From: Psammoneis japonica
Taxonomy: Eukaryota
Length of the DNA: 64,000 nt
Assembly (NCBI GenBank): GCA_008632985.1
Contig: QPGO01000019.1
Location: 186,001 to 250,000 of the forward strand
Direction of reading: 5' to 3'
Shown here: positions 12,923-24,779 of the stretch, piece after piece
Layout: each line of letters starts with the position of its first letter
How positions within the stretch are numbered: position 1 is the first letter of the stretch
The notes under the pieces: model-generated
What the model was told of the DNA's origin: nothing
Seen by the model: the letters and a program-made list of their open reading frames with translations, nothing else
Databases searched by the model: none
Program-made: the position numbers and the translations under genes

Positions 12923-13147
12923 CATGCCACCCCGCAAAAGAACTCCGGAAAACCAAATTTACACAGAAGCAGCACCAGGGCCCCTGCAGAATTGCCAAAA
13001 AAGTCCGGAATGTCCAGAAACTGTGTAGAATCCAGTGTAGAATCAGCACCAGGGTTGTCAAACAATGTTGTTTGGTGTTTCCACTGGGGATCTGGTGCCT
13101 CTTCTACGTAAATTTGTCACTCCGGAGTTCTTTTGCGGGGTGGCATG
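12923..13147. mobile_element. MITE-like element with about 70-bp imperfect terminal inverted repeats
   Basis: CATGCCACCCCGCAAAAGAACTCCGGA at 12923 is the exact reverse complement of the right end at 13147; similarity continues inward. Confidence 0.8.
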
Positions 13148-14029
13148 TTGACATCTGGGTCATGAACAACACAAAGCACAAAAATGAGTTCACAAGAGGC
13201 ACAAGCAGCCACCATTTTGCTTCACCCAAAACACATGCAACCAAACAAACTTGGCTTTGAACAACTCACAAACATGTTCTGTGGCACCAACGGCACAAGA
13301 AACAGACAGTGGAGTCCATGAGAAAATTTCTTGGACATTCAGCAGTCCAAGTCATAAACTGCAAAGCAGAAGAAGCATCCTCACAAATCATGCTCACCAT
13401 TTTACTTTGCCAAACAACAGATGCCACCACACCAATTTGGGTTCAACTCACAGCAATGGCGCTGCCAGACACCTTTGACATGCTGTCACTTGTGACATGC
13501 TTCATGCCAGGAACGCACAATCACCAATGAAAATTCACAATGAGAGAAGCCAATGACAAAATGCCTGATGGCAAACATGAAAAAAAAAAAGAGGGTGCAA
13601 GTCTAAATTGCACATTTGCTCCACAACCTGCCTTGGTGCTGCTGAACTTTGCTCACCATCATAAATTGAGCAGATGTCACAGATTGCATGAAAAGCATCA
13701 AGTTGAGGCATCACTGCTCTGCTTTTGAGGTGCATCTTCCTGAAGTGCTGTTGATGCACCATGCTGTTGTGCAACATTTTGGTGACAATCAAAGCATTTT
13801 TTGCCCAGAAAAAATCTCTCACGTGCAGCACATTGTGACAGGCAGAAGTGCCAGCATGATCCTGACAGAATGCCAATGGCATGAGCAACATGCCAAAGAG
13901 CTCCCTGCAAACTGGTGACAGTGGACAACACATGTGCCAGCAAGAAACAAGTGAGAGAAAATCTCACAAATGGTCTGACCATCATCCATGCACAGTCTGC
14001 CCCACATGCCTCTGCAGGGTGGGTTGACA

Positions 14030-16190
14030 CCCTCCCCTGTGATCTGACATGTCCAGGAAAAGATGACGCAGATCACCAAACAAGAAAAAAGGGAGGACAA
14101 ACAGTCAACCAAAGGGGCACAAAAAACAGACCAGATGACTCCAGGGAGGCAGGATTCAAACAACATGAAACAATGAGGGCAACTCTGCAGATGCCAGCAA
14201 CAACAAATCAGTGAAAGAAATGTCCCATCATCTCATGGGCATGGCGGGCATGGAGTGTTGAGCCAGGAGCCTTGGTGAGGTCATCACTCAGGCTGACATT
14301 GCCAGTGACACAATGTCATGTGACAACATGCCTTGCATCATCCTTCCAGTCCTAAAAAGCACACCACTGGATGCCAATGTGGCAGGAGCACTTGGTCAGA
14401 ATTTGATTGATGATGATCTTGATGGCTGCAGTTTGTTGTCAATGAACAACAGGGTCATCTTGATGAAACTGAGCTCTCAAAGAACCAAGTGAAGATGCAA
14501 AACAAGCTTGGTGGCAGTGCCAGCAGCACAGAACTCTGCTTCTGTCAAGCTGGTGTGGTGATCACTGTCTCTGTCTTGCATCAACATGCTGTGGTGGCGC
14601 CAGCCAAGACACACACATGGCCAGCAGTTGAGTGATGGTTGTGAAGGTCATCACCACAAGCCGTGTCCAAAAAAGCAAGCAGCTGAGACAGGGAGTCCAG
14701 GGTCAGGAAAGGAAGCAAGGAGTCATCAGAGACAAGTCACTCATGTGAGTGCGGTGGCAAACAAGTGTCCTTGGATGGCTTGCAACAGCTGATGTCCCAG
14801 TTCTCTGTGCATCGGAGGCACTTGGCAACGCCTTTCAATGCCGTGCAACAGATGGGAGCTGGGTGCAACATGAACTTGGAGAGTGCAGTGATGGCAGAGT
14901 CAATCTTGAGACAACAAATCATGCAAGCATGTGACAACTCACAAAGAAGAGTGCAATGCCCAAAACCCTGTGCTTTCCTGCCAATTCATGATGCTTGGGT
15001 GTGCATTTCACAGGACCCCCTGTGCCAGAGCACAATTGAGAAGTCAAGTCAACAGGAACAGGAGCAGCCATGAAATCAGAGTTGACCTCATCTGCAGCAG
15101 GTTGCAGCCAACCATGCAAACAGAGGACCCAGTCAATGCATCCATGGCAGGCAAACAAGACAGAATCATCACATTGATGGATGTGTCCACGCCATTGAAT
15201 TCTGTGCAGAGACCCCAACACTTGAAGTCAGTCTTGGGTTTCCTGCCAGTCCAAGCCACCTTTTCAGCAGCTTCAACAGAGACAACTCCCTTTGTCTTGG
15301 GAGCCTTGGGCTTGTGGACTTTGGTCTTTGGCATCACTGCCCCACTGCCATTGCAGCCATGGCTTGAAGAGAGCAACGTTCGTCGGCCATTGTTGTGCCA
15401 TCTCCTGCAATGGACTCATCATCTGAGTTGTCCTCAGCATCCAGGTGGGGCCCTGAAGCTGGAATGGACTTGTCATCTGAATCATGGGGGTCCTGAGGGG
15501 GTGGATTGTCCTCTGGCGGAGGTTGATCCTTGGGAGGCTGGTCCACGAAGATCTCGGGGCAGTCAGCCATGTCCGACAGCACGCTTGAAGATGTTGAGTT
15601 GGGCCAATCATTTGGGACATTCTCAATCAAAGGACACAAGCTCAGAGAACTCTCTTGGGCCTCAGGTGGGCCATGGGGTGGAGCAGGGCCTGAGATGGTG
15701 CACATGCAAAATCAACAACACACCTTCTGGTGGAGCCAGCTGTTCGGCTGACAGAGTCAGGCACACCAGTGCTTGACATCAAAAGCACGGAGCATGGCTG
15801 GAGGGCAGCAATGACAGCATCAGATCCATGGATGGTTGCACTGGTCTGGGTGTCCCCATGCGGAAGCACAGAATGTGTTAATTTGCCCCAGTTGGGCGAG
15901 CCGACCAGCCGAAGCGCTTGCACGTGCCCATGGAGCTCCTGCCGAGTGCGCCTCTTCCCACAATGCACTGACTGGATGTGGAATCCAGACCAATGCCTCA
16001 GGCAGAGTGCAAGTGGAGAGCAACTGCCAACTGGCAATGACCAGCACTCAGTCAGAAGTCTTTCACCAAACCATGAGCCACCTGGACTGAATCTGCTGAG
16101 TGTGCCAAATGGGAGAGGTTCATCGGTGCACTTGCACCAGAGACCAGTGCAAGTTTCAGGGTTAACCACTTTCACAACAATCATCCTAGT
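14030..16190 (-). mobile_element. Heavily mutated, internally deleted Ty1/copia element
   Basis: Minus strand: IDSAITALSKF..HPAPICCTALKGVAKCLR (RT end), SLTEAEFCAA..KLVLHL (RNase H), SDDLTKA..LHARHA..MMGH (pol end); purine tract AGGGGAGGG at 14038-14030 followed by TG; acidic Pro-rich gag-like remnant at about 15330-16180. Confidence 0.8.
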
Positions 16191-16430
16191 GCTGCTGAAC
16201 CAATCTATGGTTAGTCCAGTGTCTGTGCATCACCTATGATCCTCGAAGCAAGCGGTTTGAGAATCGAGACGCGTGGCGCGAAAATAATTTCAATCATAAT
16301 TCCGACCGACAGAAGTACAGACACAATAGAGAATTCGGGTCGGTGGACAGACGACCCACGACTCCTCGCACGCACGCACGCACGCACAGCATCGTCGCCA
16401 AAAAAACAGCTCCAAGAAGCGCACCACACA

Positions 16431-17564
16431 ATGATGACGACCCGCTGCCGATACACATCAAACGCCATGACAATGACAAGACCAGTTTTCCTTTCAGTGG
16501 CTCCAGTTGCTCTAGTTGCTTATTGTGTGCTTGTTAGCCTGTCGGATCCGAGGAGCAAATTACAACACCATGAGCTGGTGCAGAAAAAGATCGCACCTTT
16601 TTCGCAACACAATAATGAAACCACGTCATTAATCCAAAACGATCTCAGCGCAGAATGTACCTCACAATCCTCAAAAAAGGAGAAATCACTCAGTAATATA
16701 CAGATGCTATCTCTATCAAGAGATAAATTCATGCTGTTGCACATTGGAAAAGCCGGAGGCGGTACATTTCGAGACCGAACAACTCGTGCATGGCGGATCA
16801 AACCCAGAGAATGTCATCCGACTCCTTGTACCAAGCGCTTGGTGTCCGATACGGCTGCATTATTTGTCATTACAATTCGAGATCCGATCGATCGCTTTGT
16901 TTCGGCCTTTTATTGGCGAGACCTTGTCCTCTGCAATCCACACGGCGATGATCGCGAACCGGGTTATCCAGGAGGCGGTCCCTACACGCATTGTCAGAAT
17001 CATTCTCGTGTGCGTGCGGAGCAGGAAATTATTTTTGACAAGTACGAGCGAAATGCAAACCTCTTGGCAGAAGCCCTTTGCGATGATTCTACTGCGGCGG
17101 ACGCCAGGATGGATTTGAAACAAATTGTACACGCTCGATTTTCCATAGAGGATTGGTTGGGAATCGACTGGTGGAAAACAGCAGCACCGTCCATTATGCC
17201 AGTTGTGCTGGAGGAGAATTTTGACTATTATGCTCAAATTGATGATGCGGTTCGTTGGATCCATAATCATACAAGATTCTTCAATGCGTCTGACTTTGCT
17301 TCGCGACAAGCCAATGTTGTTCAAATGGATTGCAAGCAGAAGAGGAACAATGCCCCTCGCACGTCCCCGTCGAGACTTCATTCTTCCGTTACAACCGACA
17401 AGTATCATGCTCCTCTATCACCCATGGGTAAAAGGTGTCTTGCACAGTACTACCGTGCAGATTATGAGATTTTGCAAGACTTAAAGGAACTAGCTTGCAA
17501 GACTGACGTTTGTCGATTGGCAATCCAATCCATCCTTACGCGTCGAGCCTCCTTGTTGGCGTGA
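16431..17564 (+). CDS. Membrane-anchored sulfotransferase-family protein
   Basis: N-terminal TM segment; 5'-PSB-like LHIGKAGGGT and 3'-PB-like IRDPIDRFVSAFYW; C-terminal YYRADY; intact ORF. Confidence 0.8.
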   Translation: MMTTRCRYTSNAMTMTRPVFLSVAPVALVAYCVLVSLSDPRSKLQHHELVQKKIAPFSQHNNETTSLIQNDLSAECTSQSSKKEKSLSNIQMLSLSRDKFMLLHIGKAGGGTFRDRTTRAWRIKPRECHPTPCTKRLVSDTAALFVITIRDPIDRFVSAFYWRDLVLCNPHGDDREPGYPGGGPYTHCQNHSRVRAEQEIIFDKYERNANLLAEALCDDSTAADARMDLKQIVHARFSIEDWLGIDWWKTAAPSIMPVVLEENFDYYAQIDDAVRWIHNHTRFFNASDFASRQANVVQMDCKQKRNNAPRTSPSRLHSSVTTDKYHAPLSPMGKRCLAQYYRADYEILQDLKELACKTDVCRLAIQSILTRRASLLA

Positions 17565-18199
17565 TGATGGAAGAAGCTCATGTGCTGTATTTCTTTGCAT
17601 TTGCTTAGGATGGCCAATGTTAGAAGAGCATTTTTTGTGAACCTGACTGGATGGCTCTTACCAATGCAAGGATGGTATTCTTGGTGACTGCCATCATGGC
17701 CTGACACTAGCTTTCTCTCCAGAGTAGAAGTCACACCATCTCTCTAGCAGCGCGGCAATCCGACAGAAGGGTTCGATTTGCAAGAAACTTCTTCTCTATT
17801 TTAGAAAAAAGCAGAAATACGGAAAATAGTCAACGCAGGTGCAACACATGTCAATTCTTTTTCTGAGCACATCATTTAGAACGACTGCGAGCCCGCAAAG
17901 AGCTCCATGACTATCCCAGCTGCCATGCGGTAGTTAGAGCCAGCTTGGGTGGCACCTCATGCAATGTAGGTACAACAGAAGATCTTTAAAATGAAACATT
18001 CTCATCACGCGTGTGCTGGTTAGGCTCTCACGTCCCAATTTCTCTTTGATGATGATTGAAACGTTTGCGGTCTTTTCGAAATTTTCCTACGGTGATCTTT
18101 CCACTCTCCCATCTTGAATCCTCATGCACAGCTGCTCTTGGCATCCATGTTACAAAGTTGACATCTCTTTCATCTTACTTTGGCACAGTTGTTCATGGA

Positions 18200-19570
18200 T
18201 CTTATGGGCACTTGCGCATTCCTTTGAATTTGGGTGGAGCTCATTTTTGTTGAAGCAAAGAGTGACAAATGCCCAGAGTGATGCCGGCACAGATGACCCC
18301 AGCATGTGCACAGTTTTGCACCGACAGCCCGTGGACTTTCATGCCAACGCCACTCAAAAAATTCAAAAAGAAAGACTGTGAGCACAAAACCATGCAAGAT
18401 GTGGTGGTGACCAAATGATTGTGCCCTGCTGCAAATGGACCCCCATCAGTCCATTGGCTTGATTCCTTTGCATTCTCAAGGACTCAAGATCAACATGTGT
18501 TCATTGGACACCCCAGGGAAGAAAGAATGGCCAGTTTTGTGTGTTCTGGCAAAATCCAACCTGCAGATCCACTCATTTGCCCTGAGCCTGGTGAAAGGTG
18601 ACAATCAAGTTGCAAAGGAGGCAATGAGAGAGAAGTTTCAAAACAGCCACAATGTTTGACATCATGTGCATCCCCACAGTTTGAACAGTGCATTTTTGGG
18701 TGGAGCACCAGCTGACAAGCTTGCAATTTTGTTTTGAATCAAAAAATCAAACACAAAAACACAAGAACAAAGGGTGTGTCAGCCAATGGATTGGATCAGC
18801 TGCAACATGTTTTTGTTGGAATTTTCTTGAGCAAGAACTTTGCAAAACAGCTGCTGGTCACCTGTCGCACATCACAACCTTGACAGGTGCTTTCAGTGTT
18901 CTGCATTTTGACTTGAAGGAGTTCTTTTTGGTTGTGGCAGCAGTGCCAGCACAGCAGCAACAGCAGAGTGGACAAGAGTTGGTGGCGCATTGATGGAGAG
19001 CACAAGACAACTTCTTGTTGGTGAGACATGTGCTGTTGTTCCATGTGAGCAAGAAAAAAAGTGTTGTTGGCTTCTGCTTGACCCAGCTGCAGGAGTGCTG
19101 CTCTCCAAAACTTGCAGCATGGCACAAAAAGAGCAGTGGCTGGCAGCCACCTTGATTTTGTTGTTGTTGTTTTGTTGCACGGGAGATTTGCTGCTGCACA
19201 CAAGAAGTGGTGGATTTTTTGCAGGCAAACCATTGCTTCTTGCTGCTGGGCTGTTGCAGCACCCGCAACATTGTTGCTTTTTTCTTGGGGACATCAAGCT
19301 CCACACTCTTGGTGTGTGTGTGCTGACAACAGAGGCCGGTGATTGTCTTGTTTGGAGAAAGTGCGGGTGCGCTGGCTTGTCGTCTTTGGAGAGAAAGTGC
19401 GCGCGCCAACACGCCGCGCCACACTTTGCTCCTGTTGCAGCAGAGCACTTGTCGTCCAGCTTGTTGAACACAACAAGAAGAACAGACTGCTCTGCAACAT
19501 CAATGTGTCCACATGGCTGCAATTGTTGTTGTTGAAGCAGTGCTGAGAGCGCAACAGTCATCATGGTTGC
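18200..19570. other. TpA-depleted domain, unidentified decayed repeat
   Basis: Essentially no TA; TA-rich sequence resumes abruptly near 19580. Confidence 0.85.
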
Positions 19571-19918
19571 GTCTCTGTTTTTAGTTGAGAATGTTTTCTC
19601 GGAATGTTGAGGAATTTGGAATTCCAAAGAAGAATTCGTAGGTAAAGATATGCTCAGGTAGAATTCTACATACACATATGCAGTTTATAGAAATGGAGAA
19701 GCGAATAAAAAGATATGAATACCGCGCCAAATTGTGGTTGCGTAGAAAATATACGGTGTGCTACGACAGAAGTTGCCTGCGGCAGATGCACCGCGCATGC
19801 ACGACGGCACTCTCGAACTCCAGCACCGGCAACAACAACAACCCACAACAGCGTCCCTGTTGCAACAACAACAAAACAGCGTCTATTACATTACAACAAC
19901 AACCACAACACTACAACC

Positions 19919-22911
19919 ATGCCATTGTCGTCTTCATCATCATCGTTTCAAATGGACTTTGGACACGTCTCTATAGGCAAACACAAAACTCTAACAACAA
20001 CAATCACGCTCACAATTGACTCCAAGCATGTCTATCTCGGTCATCAGTGGAAATGGTCTTGGAAAAAGCAAGTCGAACGTTTTCATGTATTCCAAGACAA
20101 AATTGTTATTCATACCAGCAACAAAAAGGAAACCGTCACCATGATGCATCCCCAGCAAGAGTTGCAAGAACTTGCCAGATTTTTACAAGAACGTCTCTCC
20201 AAGCATTCTGAAAAGTGGGAGATTGACAATGTGATTCCCAAACCGCAACACGTGGAGACGAAACATACGGCACCAAAATCACATCACCGTGGCCGTCCAC
20301 GCATCTATGGAAAGCACCATAAAGTGCAAACGCGTCGTCGTCATCATGGTGAAGAAGACGCAGTGTCGTGGCCATCCAAGAATCATACAGCATACAACGA
20401 ACAAAGGTTGAACTTTGACTACGAGTCGTCTGAGAAGAATCATGAGAATCATCCTACAGCCCGAGATTCTCTCACTTTCAACAGTGACCAGGATGAAACT
20501 GATTACACAAAGCCTACTTTGGTGAGAGACAAACCGACTACGGTCAAGAAGAAACGCAATCGTCTACACCAGCGTGATGTGGAGGAGAGCGATAAAAGTG
20601 CTACTAATACAGAGAGCGACTCCTCAAAGAATGATTTGGGCTTTATGGACTTTACTAGTGACAATGACGAAACGAACGACTTCGACAAGCACCGTCGTCC
20701 TCCCATTGTCGTTCAGGACAAGTCCACCGTCAAGAAGAAGAAACGCAAGCATAATGTGGATAGCGACAGTGACGTTGTTCCGTCCACGACCATTACCTCG
20801 CTCAAGAAAAAGGGTCGACTTGTATCTCCCAAGGATGCAGTGACGGAAGAAGAAACCAAGTTGGAACCGGCTTTGGATGAGACTAGCAGCAGCAAGCCCG
20901 CAACGATTGTCCGTTACTTTTCCAAAGCTACAAATCATCAACAAGAGAATACTGCTACGAGTGAGGATACAACTACGACGACGACGAGTGAGGATACAGC
21001 GTTGACTTGGACTCGTCGTCCAATCGCGAAGACTCCAAGCCGCACACCATCACCGGTGCAATTCATTTCCAATTCTGCTGCGCATTCACCCACCAAGCAG
21101 CCTCTGACGCAAGAATCCGACTGGCTTCACACCCAATCGGAATCCAAACAGCGACCGCCTCGTACGCCTCGCAAGCAACTCCAGTATTGGTCGCCACCTC
21201 GACACCAAGACCAAGACGAAATTGTGGATGATGATTCACCACCACGTTCCATAATGATGAGTCGTCGTCGTGGTGGTCGTATGTTTGCACATCGTGGTAA
21301 AATCATGGCAAATTCATCATCCACGGCAGACTTGGCTTTATCGTCGTCCACGCCCTTACGTCGACGCCGTCACCATGATTTGGTATGGACGGATCCTAAA
21401 TGTTCGGCTCGCCGTCGTCGCATGCTGGATAATGACCACAAGTCCTTGTTGCATCAGCCGTCACAGCGTCGTTCGTTTCAAACAACACAAAATGTCGCTC
21501 GTGGATTGCGCAATTTGGGTAATACGTGTTATCTCAATGCCACCGTACAAGCCTTGAAGAGTGTCAAGGGTCTTGTGGAGCATTTGGAAGAGTTGCATGA
21601 CACTACTACAAAACACGACTTGCCACTCATTTCGGGTTTTGTGAGTATTTGCAAACAATTGGATGACGACAGTACAATGCTGTCGCCCGTGGACCCTTTT
21701 ATTCTCAAGCAAGCCATGGATGGATTTTCGCAACACTTTTTGGGATTTCAACAACGTGACGCACACGAATTTATTTCGGAACTCATTGATGGAATGCATC
21801 AAGAACAAGTCGATCTTGGCAAAAATGAGAAGGACAGTAGTGGAAGTAGTGATGAGAGTCGTGGGGAAAAGGCGGAAACAGCGGAGGATACTGCTGCTGC
21901 GATTGCGGACACGAGTAGTGGAGGTGATGGTAAAGAGAAGGAGGACGAGACAGAAACAACGGAGGACAGTACGGAGAACGTCGATGACTCGTTGAAACCG
22001 TCCGTGGTACAGGACTACTTTGGTTTGGTTGTCAAGGTTTCCCTCACGTGTGATTCGTGTGGATACACCCGGTACGACAACAACGACTCTATTTTTCTAT
22101 GTTTACCATTGCTTTCTAAGCTTACCCTTTTTACTTTTCCTCTTTCTATCGTTAGATGCAAGAATGAAATGTACCGTCACTTGTCGATTGACGTGCAAGA
22201 CAAGGATTGGTCGATTGACGAGGGATTGAAAAAGTTCTTTTCCAACGAGGAGCGCCAAGTCACGTGCGAAAAATGCAAGGACGGAACGACGGCGACACAA
22301 ACCATGCAAATTGTATCAAGGTATAGTAGTAGTAGCTAGAATGATTTACAATGTTGATTTTGCGTTCATGACACTCATGCTATTCTATTTTTCAAACTGC
22401 AGGCCCAAGGTGCTCTTGCTTCATCTCAAGCGATTTGCCATGGTGGAAAAGCCGAGACGACCGGCCGCTGGGGAGGGTGACAATAATAAGGAGAATCAAC
22501 CGCCGCCCGAATTGACGGTTCGCAAAAATCGGGTACGAGGAAATAGATTGCGATTGTACAATTTCTTTTATTTGTTGTTGTTGAGTTTACTAATGAGTTT
22601 GTTTCATTCCGCAGGCCCCAGTCGATATTCCGGGGGAGGTGTCGCTGGATCCCTTTTACAGCAACGACGAGGCGACCAACGACGGGAACGACGACAAGGG
22701 AGTAGCTCGCATGCCGGCGTCGCCCTTTCAACTCTTGTCGGTGGTGCACCACATTGGAAGCACGGCCTTTTCGGGGCATTACACGGCGGATGCACGTCGC
22801 GCCGGTGGGCAGTTTGTAACCTTTGATGATACCAACACGTGCAACACGGCACGGAATGACAGGAATCTTCAAACGGCATACATGGTATTGTACGGAGAGG
22901 GGTTGCCGTGA
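19919..22911 (+). CDS. Ubiquitin-specific protease (peptidase C19) with long disordered N-terminus; 3 introns
   Basis: Cys box GLRNLGNTCYLNA, QQRDAHEF, CxxC pairs, LLLHLKRF, His box VVHHIGS..SGHYTA, FDD; GT-AG introns near 22072, 22321 and 22533. Confidence 0.92.
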
Positions 22912-23178
22912 ATAGTCAATGTGTACTGGGGTGCATGTGAATAGAGGGGACGGTTTTGGAACGCAAAAACAAGTTTCGAAGTTGAGATTTTGAATTTGTC
23001 GCGGGTTCCGACGTTCGGATCCGGCGAAGTCGAATCGAACGACTCGATTTATCCGCCATCAAAAATTTTCAAAAAACCGTTACTCCCACACAATTTCGTT
23101 CGTTGTTGTTGTCAACACAGTGTTGACCCTTTCATCTTGTCATACCACTAGAACTCCACACAAGCCTTGTTTGATATC

Positions 23179-24411
23179 ATGCCGAGCACCATGCTTACTA
23201 TTGCCTTGTGGGCCAAGCCCGTGCCGCCAGCGAGATTGGCCACCACCATGAAACGCGACGAGCAAGGAAGGGTGGTTTCGATCGATTTTTCACACACGGA
23301 CATTACAGCCTTGACGTCGGACGTGAAGTATCTCACGGCACTTCGTTACCTTAGTCTCTCTAGTTGCAAGCAGCTCAAGTCCGTGCCTGCCGAGATTTAC
23401 GGATGCCAAGCCCTCGAGAAGCTGTACTTTTTGCACTCGCCTTTGCTCGCAACGATTCCCAACGAGATTGGAATGCTCAGCCGGCTTCGCGTTCTTGACA
23501 TAAGCGGTTGTCATTCGCTCGAGACGTTACCACCCGGTATTGGTGGATTGACTGGTCTTACGGATTTCTTTCTTGTACACTGCAAGAATCTCAAGAGTCT
23601 TCCACCCGAGATTGGTAGGATGCGTAGTCTCCGCAAGCTTGATCTTGGCTTCTGTCCGTTGCTGGAAAAGCTCCCACCCGAGATTGGACAATTGTCCGCG
23701 ACCCTCAAGAAGCTCGATCTCTGCTGCTGCAAAAGCCTCATGCCGTTGCCTAAAGATATCCTTTGTCTACGTCGGCTCATCTACTTGAACGTATCTTCCT
23801 GTCCCAAGGCTTTTACATTTCTTGAGTTTACAAAGGACGACTTCCCGCCGGACGTGGAGACGGCAAAGTTGATTTGCCGTACCGTCACTGATATGGAATG
23901 GTTTGATTATGGCCTTTCTGGAAAGTATAGTGGCGAGGTCAACCACAAGGACGAGCCCCATGGTTGGGGCCGTTTCGATATGAAGAACGGCGACATTCTT
24001 GAAGGCGAGTTTCGGAACGGCCGTTGCAATGGATATGGTACCTTCAAAGATGCAAGAACCGGATGCACGTTTCGTGGTATGTTCGAAGAAGGCTCCACCT
24101 GTGGACCTGGAGCATACAAGTGGCTCGACGGATCCTCCGCCGTCGGGCATTGCCAAGATGGAGCGATGCATGGCTTCTGTTGTTACCAATACAAGGATGG
24201 CACTTACTTTCACGGACACCTTTTCGAGAACCAGAGGAATGGGTATGGTATCACCAGTGACAAACATGGTAATGCTACATGGTCGAATGACTACAGCATT
24301 GGAGCCACTATCCATGCCGCCATTCCACGCATGCAACGTGGCAGGTCCGCTGTTTCGGTCTTGTCGGACATTCACGGGTCAATCGAGGTTTGCCGCGCCC
24401 CTCTATTGTAA
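23179..24411 (+). CDS. Leucine-rich-repeat plus MORN-repeat protein
   Basis: 24-aa LRRs (LPPEIGxLxxLxxLDLxxC) followed by YxGE..PHGWG / EGEFRNG..NGYG MORN-like repeats. Confidence 0.88.
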   Translation: MPSTMLTIALWAKPVPPARLATTMKRDEQGRVVSIDFSHTDITALTSDVKYLTALRYLSLSSCKQLKSVPAEIYGCQALEKLYFLHSPLLATIPNEIGMLSRLRVLDISGCHSLETLPPGIGGLTGLTDFFLVHCKNLKSLPPEIGRMRSLRKLDLGFCPLLEKLPPEIGQLSATLKKLDLCCCKSLMPLPKDILCLRRLIYLNVSSCPKAFTFLEFTKDDFPPDVETAKLICRTVTDMEWFDYGLSGKYSGEVNHKDEPHGWGRFDMKNGDILEGEFRNGRCNGYGTFKDARTGCTFRGMFEEGSTCGPGAYKWLDGSSAVGHCQDGAMHGFCCYQYKDGTYFHGHLFENQRNGYGITSDKHGNATWSNDYSIGATIHAAIPRMQRGRSAVSVLSDIHGSIEVCRAPLL

Positions 24412-24779
24412 AGAGCTCTTGTGAAGAGAGTATGGATACCACCCTTTTAGTACATAGCGCCATCCCTCACGATGGCTAGGTTGCATTTAGTAGTAGAAGC
24501 AGTTACAACTGCAACGACTCGCGCATCTCGATCACTCTAGTCCGGTATACAGCGGCGAGGCGTACTAAACGATACGTGCTCAATTCCGCCATGAAATCGT
24601 CACCACTATAGTACATTCATACCTTTGGGCGAAACGTTGTACTCCATGTTGCTCTCGTGTCCAAGCTCGTTTGTCAATCGAGACCAAAGCATTGACGCAC
24701 CCCAGTGGAAACGCGCACATGGCATAGTATTCTGCAGTGCGATGCCAACGTATGAGTCAATCATTCCCTCCTGGCATGC

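Larger units (their letters stand above)
8950..16180. other. TpA/CpG-depleted hypermutated domain (nested TE cluster)
   Basis: Only one TA (11602) read between 10681 and 12959; TG/CA strongly over-represented. Confidence 0.95.

Noticed and set aside
8950..16180. Classical fungal RIP or CpG deamination alone as the cause
   Set aside because: RIP converts CA/TG to TA and would enrich TA; CpG decay cannot remove TA or turn Tyr into Cys/His.
9361..16239. Dense overlapping Cys/His/Gln/Trp-rich ORFs in all six frames (also in the other depleted domains)
   Set aside because: Expected side effect of TA loss: TAA/TAG stops and Tyr codons disappear and TG/CA codons rise. Not evidence of genes.
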